DNA of 64,000 bases from the NCBI GenBank assembly GCA_977016875.1, contig CDRNST010000040.1, positions 930,001 through 994,000 on the forward strand, written 5' to 3'. Each line of letters opens with the position of its first letter. The stretch's first letter is position 1. Both the position numbers and the translations under genes were made by a program. Origin of the DNA: Pavona decussata. Taxonomy: Eukaryota. The notes under the pieces were generated by a model, which was not told where the DNA came from, made no database searches, and saw nothing but the letters and a program-made list of their open reading frames with translations. Of this stretch, positions 39,601 through 51,600 are shown piece after piece.

Positions 39601-42600
39601 CAATTTTTTGTTAGCATAACGGAAAAATAACGCTTTCTTTCTTTTTAACAGAAACTCTTATCACAGTAAACAAGCCCAGTTGCGCCGGTCTACCGCAAAA
39701 ATGTACTGAGCAACCCCAGTCAGAATCACGTGAAGTAAAGTGCACATGCCCTACAGTGGAATGCCGCTGGAACGAATGGACGGATTGGTCAGCTACTTGC
39801 GGTCTTGCCACGAGGACAAGGACAATCAAAACGATTAAGGTGTGACTGACGTCATCAGTTTTAGAGTAGCTAAATCGTTGCTATGGAAACAACACGAATT
39901 CAGTATTTAACCCATGTGATCCTCGCCGAGGCATTTTAAAAATTCAAGGACATATTAATCTGTTTTAGCATTATGCCTTCGACTCTGTAGATCCGATCGG
40001 GACTAATGAAAATTGATTTCTTGTTGGTCTCGCGTATATATGTTGAGGGTCTCAAAACCGATCTCACTTATAAAGTATCAGTGCTATGTCATAAAATATT
40101 TTCTTTGCTGTATGCTCGCAAATGCAGCAGGAATGGCGCAGTAGTGAGAGCACTCGCCTCCGATCCCACCAATGTAGTACGTGTTCGGTTCCCAGACTCG
40201 GAGTCATATGTGAGTTGAGTTTGTTGTGAATACTCCCTTCCTTAACCGGATGTTTTTCTCCAAGTGCTCCGTTTTTCCCTCTTCTCATGCAGAAACCAAA
40301 ATATTTAATCTTGAATCCAGTTACACAGGTTTGTTAGTCTAAAGAGTCTCAACGAAAAAAAAAAAAAAAAAAGAAAAGAAAAAAAAAGAAAGAAAAGGCG
40401 ATCTTTACGGATTAGAGCGTACTGTTACATTTCAAAATAGAACAGCAAATCGGAAACTTAAAATGTAGGCATTAGAGATGAGTTTAAATATTGCATTCAC
40501 CAATTGATTACTTGCAACTAACACTCCATATAAATCGAATATACTATAAAGGAAGTTAAATATCTTTGGTTTCCTAGACAACAGTTCAGAAACTGAAATG
40601 CGAGGGCCTGCCTCAGTCGTGTACTCAGCCTCCAGAAACAGAACAACGAACTACAAACTGTAAATGCAAAACAGTGAATTGTGAGTGGGCGATGTGGTCA
40701 TCCTGGTCAACAACTTGTGGAGTGGGAACTAGAACAAGAAATATTGAAGGTAAACCTTAACATGAGGTTAAAGTGGAGTTAAAGTTGAGTTTGTCTGAAA
40801 CTGAGAAGACCGGCGAGGATTTTTACTTTTATTTTAAATCCTTTATAAAACATTGTATGTCAGTTTCGAGATACTGACAATTAGAAGCCAGAGGTGAGGC
40901 TTGTATTGTCATGCTCTTTCATTTGTTAAACATTTAAGATAGGTCAATGCAATGTTTTGAGAGAATGTTAGAGTATCCCTTGACAAAGAGTCCATATAGT
41001 GCAGCAATTTTTGCCTTGTCTCATCAGTCATGATATTTGTTTTCGCATTATCCTTTTCTTTGTCTGCGGCACATACCATTTCGAGTAAAAAATCAGTGGT
41101 TTTCGAAGTTTTGTTTTGTCCAAATCGGGTAAAATCAAGGATGCTTCCACTGAACTCAAACTTCCTTATTTAAAAAAAAACGAGAGCCGAAAATGCCGAC
41201 TCTGATTATTTCTTGCAGTACCTCTCATCTTATATCTGTGCCCATAATTTGAGATTTTAAAATAGCAATTTTATAGCTTTTTTTCTATACAATACTGCCG
41301 CTTGTCTGTATAGCCTGGATCGCCAAAAACAGTGTCTAGTACGTTATCGCGGGGATGCCTAACCGGCTACCTTCCTAACTCAAATTGTCATCGGTAAATG
41401 AAATTTCCCCATGAGGTCGCCACAAAGTCTTGTATATATAAATTAAAGAAGTGATACCTATGGACAGTTGTTGATCCAAAAATAACTTCAAATTAGATTT
41501 CATTGAAGTAGTACATGAAAGATGCACCCTTCTGCATTAATCTTCTCTTGTATTCGTATGCCATATTTTGCTATAAACCAGAAACCGTGGTGGAGATCTT
41601 CAAACCAGACTGTAGCGGCCTCCCTCAAAGTTGTTCTCAGCCACCGGAAAATGACGCTCGTGAAATAAAATGCAGCTGCCCAACTGTCAACTGTAATTGG
41701 AAAGAGTGGAGCGCTTGGTCAGCAACTTGTGGTGCGGCCACGAGGACAAGGAGCATCGAGACTATCAAGGTTCTTACAATTTTGTGAATTGTCGAAAGTT
41801 AAAATAACCTGTAAAAAACAATTTGAAAACCTTCATGGCCGTATGGAGGTACTACTTTGGTACATCAAATTTGAAATCACACGCCTCACGATTTCATCTA
41901 AATACTCAAAAGGAAGAAAGTAAGCAAGTGAGGTGAAAGGCGGATGAAGTAATAAGCGTGAAAAAATCGCATCGCGGTGGAATTTAAATTAATAAATTAC
42001 GATGAAATTCTTACAGTTACTGAAAAGCAAATTACAATCGAACCAGGTCAAGCGTACCCCCCTAGATTCTATTAATGAATCTATTACTTGAAAATTGAAC
42101 CCGTTAGTCGTTTCAAGTATTCAAACCAAAATTAGATTTCTGATTGGATTATACGAACCAGGGTACAAATAATGCATGAAACCAGAAAACCAGAAAGCCC
42201 GCGGGAAAACCTCCTCTCAATATATTCAGAGCGGCAATTCTTGATTTATATAACAGTGGATTTTCCAAAAAGCAGATTTCTCTTGATTTACAGCAGTCAA
42301 CGCGTACTGTCAGAAAGAAGATTCGCCATTTTTAACCAGGCACGGTGGGTCCTGTCGCGTAAATTTAAACTCACTAATGATCACTAAATGAACATTTTAC
42401 GTTTGTACACTTGCGTTTTTTCCGTTAGTTATTCAAAAACAAAAATGAAAAAGGACTGGAAGCCGGCGTTTTATCATAATAAACGGTTCTCTTTTTGAGG
42501 TATATGCAAATTAATTTAGCGAAAAGTATGCGAACTCACAATGGCAGATGTTCATTTCAATTCGTCGACGTATAATGGACAGTCTGGTGAAATAATAATA

Positions 42601-45600
42601 TGTACCAAACTTTTTCATGCTACAAGGTAGGTAATGCTATACATGAAAGATAAATTGGAATTTTTCAGCCCGACTCATTTGCAAGCGCTTGACTTTGTGC
42701 TCTTGCCATGACCAAATTTGCATAACGAATTATATGAATGTGTGAACAACATGCAGGAACAGTTTGAGCGAACGAGCTGTTTCAAATGTACTGTAGTTTG
42801 AATTTTACAGGCTATTGCTTTTACTGTAAGCGCGGATCTATGTTCTGCAAATTTTAATTTGATCATTAATCCGCGTTAACAATGAATAAATGAATGCATT
42901 CTTTGAAACGACTAATAGGTTCAATTTTCAAATAATCGATCCATTAATAGGGTCTAGGGGGGTACGCTTGACCTGGTTCGACTGTAAAACTGATGGATTT
43001 TTTCATTGCTGGGCTATTAAATGGTTTTAGAGAGGACAATGTCCCGTGCTGGTGTTCTGTCTGTAATTTCTTACCGCCACGCTAAGATTTTACGATCAGT
43101 GCACTTCACACGGAACGTTTTCATTTTGTTAAAGAAAAAAAACAAAACAACAACAACAAAAACTGACTGCTCAAAATAAACTCGAGAAAACGGTTAAGAT
43201 ACATGCAATGGCATGAATTCCACTAGCCTGCTTAATTTCTTTTAAAATCAGCTCGAGCTCAACCATACAGAAACTAAACCAAACTGAAAATCTTCAGGGA
43301 TTACAGGGGAAGTATCATGGGGTTTTTGACCCCTTTTCTTAAACATGGTGAAATAAGACCTTGACTTAGCTACAAAATAATTCTTGAACAAGGAGAGGAA
43401 AGAAATCAACTCACTTCTTGAAAGGAACATCTCTTGATCTGTTCTAGTGCATTTTGGAAACAAAAATGCGAGAAATTGAAAAAAATTAGCCTAACATTTT
43501 TCAAGTTTCAATCCATTCCGACCTACTCTGTCTCTGACTAGAGGAACTGATCGACAGTTTTGTTTCACTTGGTGATAATTTATAACAAAATTAGACAATT
43601 ATTTTCTTGTTTCTGTTGACAGACAAACGTTCTCGGGTTTTCAAATGACATCAAATTATCGTGATACTTCCCCTTTAAGACACCAAGGGTGCTTTCCATT
43701 TGTAAGAACTGGCCTGCTAGACCAGTGTGTTCTTGAACGGAATGTGCCGATGTTTAGGATAAGTTTTATCCTAGTCCTTCAAATTTCTTCAAAATAGCGC
43801 GTACTATTTTCGGAGTGATTATTTTTCTCCGGATTTTGTAACACCACACCTTCAAGTGACGCATTCGATTTACAGACTTGCCAGTGCTATCGGCCAGTTC
43901 TGGAAAATGGAAAGTACTCACGTGTCTTGAAAAAAATATCTCTTGTTTGAAACGTTTGTAAAATTACCAACAATGGACAAGTGCTATTAGTCCCTTGAGC
44001 TCCAAACTTTTAATTCTTATAAATGTCATGTTATAAATAAGAAGACTCGCATCCAGTACTTTCACTGTTTTGGTACAACAAGTCTCAAGCCATCGTGCCG
44101 TTGATTCAGTTTTTTTTCTGTGACGTATTTACGAGCCAAACCAGATAGTGTGAGCTGATTATCCCTTTTGTTTCGTACTCTACTTATCTTAGTCTAAGTT
44201 AATTACGTCAAGCTTTCATGGTTAAAAATAGATTGATACGACAACACTTACCTCATGCCTTATCAAAGCAAATAATTAACTAGATGTCTTTATTTCCAAA
44301 AATCTGACTATGCTTTGAAGTAATTTTATTGAACTCATTCAGCACATCGCAAGGGTCTGGCCCCCTTCTCATATAAAGAATATTATGATTGACTTACTTG
44401 TTTTCTTTTTTTTCTGCATCGTTTTTTTTTCTTTGTCATTAATTATTGGTTGGTTATTTGTAGGAACGCTCTAAATAAAACAATCATTTTTCTTTTGTCT
44501 TGTTGAATTAGCCAACTCGGCGCTACACCTCACGTTTTAGTAAGTTATCATTCAACATCCAGCGAGCCCTCGTGGGGTAATTGCTAATTCCCTCCTCAAA
44601 TTATACAGTCTGGTCCTGCTGTAAAAATCCCAACTTTGGTCGATTTAGCTTAAACTATTCAGGCGTGGAGATAAAGAAAGAGGAAAAAACCCTTTCCTCT
44701 GGAAAGCTTGTTGAGAAAAATAATGAGACAGATGATCCTCAGTTTTCAGGAAAACTACCAAACACGTGCACCACGAATTGCTACAGAAGTTGAAACCCAA
44801 ACATTTTAAAAGATGTGACATCTGACATTACAGGCCATAAAATCACATCACCTAACTGCATATTACATTACGCATGCTTGACATTTTCAACTAGTGTATG
44901 TCACTATGATCCTGCAAATAGCAGCTAAAAATGAGGTTTACTTGTATTTGTGTACAGACAACAGTTCAGCAAGTGAAATGTGAAGGTTTGCCTCAGTCGT
45001 GTCCTCACCCCTCAACAACTATTATGTTATTTTGTTCCATTTAGAAGGAAGAATAACTGTACCTGTTTTTACTACTTCAACAGACCACAGTTCAAAAGGT
45101 GAGATGTGAAGGTTTACCTCAGTCGTGTTCTCAGCGTCCACAAACAGAACAACAAACTACAAACTGTAAATGTAAAACAGTGAATTGTGAGTGGGCGATG
45201 TGGTCATCCTGGTCAACAACTTGTGGAGTGGGAACTAGAACAAGAAATATTGAAGGTAAGCATTCGTACGAAATTTAAGTTCCTATGACATGATGGGTTG
45301 ATGTTGGACATGGAAATAATTAGAACTGTCACTTTATTTTGCTTCTTCCATTTGTTGTCTTTTTTTTAAGTTGGGTAGCTCATAGATTTTGTTGGAAGAG
45401 GACAAAATGTAATTTACACAAAACTATTTTGTTCCGTGACGTTTTGCGCCGCCTCGGTGAAAATGGTACCCATGAAAAGCCGTTTTACTTTATCAAATAC
45501 TTCTTTGTGAGATAAATCCACTCAAATACACGTAATCAAAGAAAGGTTGGAAAGAAAAAAAACACAAAAAATGAAATAAACAAGGAGTTAAGGGCGCCTG

Positions 45601-48600
45601 AAACACGGATTTCGGGTCGTGCAAGAGTCTGTCAGCTGCGGCTTACAGATGAGGCCTTACAAGTCCGAAACAGCTGCCCTGCCACTGCCCTGATATGGCT
45701 GTACGCATGCATAAAGTATTGCCCATACCACCGAGCTGTGTTCTGTGACCATTGCATTTGAAAGGCTAATCTCACCCCCATGCATCTTGTATTCTTAACT
45801 TCGTACCTCATATTTTGCTGTAAACCAGAAACTGCTGTGGAGGTCTTCAAACCAGACTGTAGCGGCCTTCCTCAGAGCTGTCCTCAGCCACCGGAGAATG
45901 ACGCTCGTGAAATAAAATGTAGCTGCCCAACTGTCAACTGTAATTGGAAAGAGTGGAGCGCTTGGTCAGCAACTTGTGGTGCGGCCACGAGGACAAGGAG
46001 CATCGAGGCTATCAAGGTTATCTAGTCTTCTCTTGAACTGTGCACCATTTCTCTTAGTACAGTTAGCTCTCGCCTTGCGGACACCTCGCTATCACGGACA
46101 CCCTGTTAATACTGACAGCAACTAAATCCCCGGAAAAAAAAAGAAATTACAAACGTTTGACTGAAATATATTCCTGCTATTACGTACTGTCACTATTAAG
46201 GATACGAACTCGCCCTCCCAATGGTACTGCAACAAAGGGGGTTGATTGTAGTGAAACGCCATCTTATCTAAAGATTGATTATAATAGAAAGCCATCTTAT
46301 CTAAAGTTTTCGTCTAAATGGTGAAAATAAATATGCTGTTGTTCTAGTCCCTGATCATAGAGATTTCGTTTAAATGCAGTAAAATCCACTTTGCACATCA
46401 AAAACAAAGACAACAGCACTAATAATTAACGAAAAGCATTGCAGAAAATGGGAGTTCGAAAAACTTTATAAAGCATACCAAACACGATGACACAAATATA
46501 AATGCATTAGTTATTAGCTTTTAGTTATTTGAATGGTCCAGATAGTGGATAGCATTAGTATACCCTTGCTATCTTGGTATATGAAACAGTGCCAGTAATT
46601 CTTTCCACCAGTATTCAATTAACTCATATGCAAACGTTTGCATGTTGTCTGTTATTAGGTTATTTTGTTCCGGATTTAGAAGGAAAATAACTGTACTTGT
46701 TTTTACTACATTAACAGACCACAATTCAAAAGGTGAAATGTGAAGGTTTACCTCAGTCGTGTTCTCAGCGTCCACAAACAGAACAACAAACTACAAACTG
46801 TAAATGTAAAACAGTGAATTGTGAGTGGGCGATGTGGTCATCCTGGTCAGCAACTTGTGGAGTGGGAACTAGATCAAGAAATATTGAAGGTAAGCATTCG
46901 TATGAAATTTAAGCTTCCGTGACATGATGGGTTGATGTTGGACATGGAAATAATTAGCACGGTCATATTAGTGTGTTTCTTCTCTTTATTTTGTTATTCA
47001 AGTTGGCCCTGAAAAGAAGACGGAATATCACTTAAAGGGGAAATATCACGAAAATTTGCTGTCATTTCAAAACCCAAAAATGTTTGACTGTTAGCGGAAA
47101 CAACAAAATGTTTGTCAAGTTTGTCAAAAATTATCACCCCAGTACAATAAAACTGTCGATTAGTGCCTCTGGCCAGAGACAGGGTAGGCCGGTTTCGATT
47201 GAAACTTGAAAAATATTAGGCTAATGTTTTTCAAGTTCTCGCATTTTTTGTTTCCAAAATGCGCTAGAAAAGATGACAACTCGTTTCTTTCAGGAATTGA
47301 GTTGATTTCTTTCTTCTTGTCATTCTAGAATTATTTTGCAGCTGATTAAAGGTCTTATTTCATCATTTTTAACAAAAGCTATCAAAAACCCTATGATACT
47401 TCCGCTTTAAACGTTTAATAAAAAATCATGTGAAGAAGGGTCACACTACCTGGCTCCTCGGTATGGCCACTACCTTGCGTATGCACACAGCAATATCATC
47501 CGGGGATAACAAGGCCAAAACAGCGGTCCACGGCTACCATTAGCTGCTCGTAAGGTACTGGTCATAACCTGAAACCGGTGTTTTCAATTCAGATGGTGTA
47601 TTCTGACATGTTTGTCGTGGAATGCGTATTCCCATTAATTTCGGTGATCTATATTCCCGTTCTCATTTAATGAGACTGTTCTACAGTCCCAAGCACAGCT
47701 ACTACATGCATCACGTTCCTCAGACATAAGGGCGCCTGTAGCACGGCTTTCCAATCGTTCAGGAGCCTGTCAGCTGTGTCTTACGGATGAGGCCTAACAA
47801 GTCCGAAAAAGCAGCTCTGCTACTCCCCAGATATGACTGTAGGTATGCCTAAGGTACTGCCCATACTGTCGAGCTATGTTCTGTGACCATTGCATTCAGA
47901 TATTCAACTAATTATGCCTATTGCCAATGGTTTCTGTGAGCTAACGTTCAGCAAAACTCCATTGAAAAATTACATTATGGAAGATGAATGATCTCACCCC
48001 CATGCATCTCCTCTTGTATTCTGAACTTCGTACCTCGTATTTCTCTGCAAACCAGAAACTGCTGTGGAGGTCTTCAAACCAGACTGTAGCGGCCTTCCTC
48101 AAAGTTGCCAACAGCCACCGGAAAATGACGCTCGTGAAATAAAATGCAGCTGTCCAACTGTCAACTGTAATTGGAAAGAGTGGAGCGCTTGGTCAGCAAC
48201 TTGTGGCGCGGCTACGAGGACAAGGAGCATCGAGACTATCAAGGTTATCTGGTGCACCATTTTTCTTATCACAGTCAACTCTCGCGTAGCGGACACCTCG
48301 CTATTAAGGACACTCTGTTAATACTGACAGCAACTAAATACCAGGGGAAAAGAAATTACAGATTTTTGACTGAAATAAACTCCTGCTATTAGGGAATGTC
48401 ACTAGTAAGGACACGAACTCGCGGTCCCGAAGGTGTCCGCAATAAAGGTGGTTGATTGTAGCAGAAAGCCACCTTATCTTAAGATTCCATTTAGATGGTG
48501 AAAATGAAATTGCTATTGTGCTCGGCCCTGGGATGTTAGAGACTAAAGAAAAAAATTACGCCTAGTGGCTTTTGTTTAAATGCTGTAAAGGTCACCTTGC

Positions 48601-51600
48601 ACAACAACAACAACAAAGACAACAACACTTATCACGGCCATCACTGGGAAAAATGATCTTAAAAAAACAGATCACATACAAGTTAGAAAAACTTTGTAAA
48701 GCATACCAAACACGATCACAGAAATATAAAAGCATCACCTAATAAGCTTTTTGTTATTTGAATGGTCCAGCTTTGAAAAGCGTTAATATACCCTTGCTAT
48801 CTTGGTATATGAAACAGTGCCAGTACTTCTTTCCACCAGTATTCAATTGACTCAGACGCAAACGTTTATATTTTGTCATGTTATTATGTTATTTTGTTCC
48901 GGATTTAGAAGGAAAAATAACTTTTCTGTTTTACTACATTAACAGACCACAATTCAAAAGGTGAAATGTGAAGGTTTACCTCAGTCGTGTTCTCAGCGTC
49001 CACAAACAGAACAACAAACTACAAACTGTAAATGTAAAACAGTGAATTGTGAGTGGGCGATGTGGTCATCCTGGTCAACAACTTGTGGAGTGGGAACTAG
49101 AACAAGAAATATTGAAGGTAAGCATTCGTACAAAATTTAAGCTTTCATTACATGATGGATTGATGTTGGACATGAAAATAATTAGAACTGTCACATTATT
49201 CTGTTTCTTCCATTTGTTATGTTATTCAAGTTGGCTCACAAGTGTTGTTGAAAGAGGACGGAGTATCACTTAAATAATGCCCTTTTGTTCCATGAATACT
49301 TTGTGCAAGTCATTTGCTTTTCTTTGCTCAGCCTTCTCTCTTTCTTTATTTCTTTCTTTTTAATACGCCTAAAAGAACTCTTCATCGTTAGGAGAATGCA
49401 TCCTAATCTGTTGAATATCATGTTGGTTAGTGCGTGTCTTGTATAACTTTTTTTTATCATGGCTGTGTCATTTTTAATCAAAATTTTTAATTAGATTTAA
49501 ATTTTTAGTTTTTTTACTTTATATGACATTTATAGATATTTTTATTTGTACTTAATTATCATGATTATTTTCACTCAATTAAGTTTATTATATAGGGCCT
49601 CTATAGATAGCAGTTTTTAATCTTGTAGCGGAGCTCCGCGCGCGCCAAAAAAGGCGCGCGCAGAGCCTCGTAGATAAGAAAATTTGGAAAACTCATGAAT
49701 GCGAAAAATGTTGGTTTGGTTTTGACGTCACTTTTGTCCGTCCGTACACCGTACGTACGCCCGTAAGCAAACCCACAATGCTAACGTGCCCGTGTTTGTT
49801 TGGCGAAAAGTTGCATGGCGAGATGAGTTTACAACAGAAATGCTAAAGAACACAAAATGCAAAGTCAGTTTATATGTATTCATTGGATATGTTGACAAAC
49901 GTGAAAAGAAGAGAAAGAGAGTCAAAGAAAACAGAAAAGCGGAGACGAATAAGCAAAGTTAAACGTGAAAGAGAGCGGCAGATAGTAAGTTAGAGCAGGC
50001 CGACCGGAAAAGAGTAAATTTAAAGAAGCCTCACATTTGCCTATATCACCTGTTCGTGATCAGTTATGCCAACTTTTAGAACTCTAAAATAGCTTTACAT
50101 AGACAATATTGGAGGAGGAGTCAATTTTCGAAAAAAATTGTTTCGTGGCCGTTTTTCTTTTTCATTTGCATTGCACAGCTCTCATGTGTTTGTAAACACA
50201 CACAAGTTCCAAAGCTCTGAAATAATTCTACCAAACACCAAAGAGTATTTTTCTGTAGTCTCCTTTTCCTAACGTTTATTTAGGGACTAGAATTATTACT
50301 GAAGGAGCAGAATTAACATAGTTTTAAATCTCCAAACATTTTCCCCCGGGAGCTAGCTTGCTCTCGCAGAAAATTTAATGTTTACGCGATTCGACGGCCG
50401 TTTACACATCATTTGTAAACGAAAATGCTTTCCTCCAGGCAACAATCAAAAATTTTTCTTCATGTTAGGTGTTTCAAGCTTTACATAGACACTTTAAACG
50501 TTTCGATACCACCAATATTCGCAGACAAATTATTTTTTGAGCATTTTGTTTTGGAGCCGTGTACATGCAATGCATTTGCGGCGGCGCTATGCTTCCAAGC
50601 GCTTGCACTCTATAAACACGCGCAAGCTTTTAACGCTCTAATATTTCGGGCCACAACCAAGCGTTAAAGTCTTAAAAATTTTGTAAGGGCCAGAATTATT
50701 TTAGTAGGAGCAATATTGACTGAGTTGTGATTTTTCAAACATTTTTATCCGAGCGCCAAATATGTCTGTGAACCCTGTGAAGCAACAACGACGGCAACAA
50801 CAACATTTGACCAAAAACAATCGCTCCGCACGTGCATTTTAAATTTTGGTACATTTCTTTACCGTCCTCCACAAAACAACAACGTGGAATGACCTTATTT
50901 AAGGTTTTGTAAAGAACATAAGCAAACGACGGTGAATTTTTCTTTCTCTGTTAACGTGAACGAGACTCCTACCAATTTAGGCAACTTGCTATACAGAAAT
51001 GTAATATTAAAACACACCATCTACAATATTATGAGCTAACTTCAACAATATCTAGCATACTTAAATTGAAATCTGCTCAGCAAAGTACTCCACAATTTAG
51101 CAACTTTCTTTCTGATACCTCATATATTGTTGCAAAATAGAAACCGTGGTGGAGGTCTTCAAACCAGACTGTAGCAGCCTCCCTCAAAGTTGTTCTCAGC
51201 CACCAGAATCTGACGCTCGTGAAATAAAATGCAGCTGTCCAACGGTCAACTGTAAGTGGAGCGAATGGAGTGACTGGTCTGCAACTTGTGGACCCGCCAC
51301 ACGACAGAAAACAGTAACAACTGAAAGGGTAAGTGAAAAAAACATCAGCAGCAACTTAAACCCGCAATTGAATAGAATATGTAAGAACTCTAGAATTATT
51401 TCTGACATGGTATTGTGTCACAACCAACAGCCATCAGCTGCAAGAGGAATGAACAACACAAACTTCGTTGTAGTTAATCTGTTGTCTGTTTGGCCAAGGC
51501 ACAATAAACATGTAACTATCCGATCAAAGTGTCTACGCATTTTGGATTCGCACGATAAAGCCATTGGGCGATTGGACCTTGTCGTTCTCATATGCTGTCG

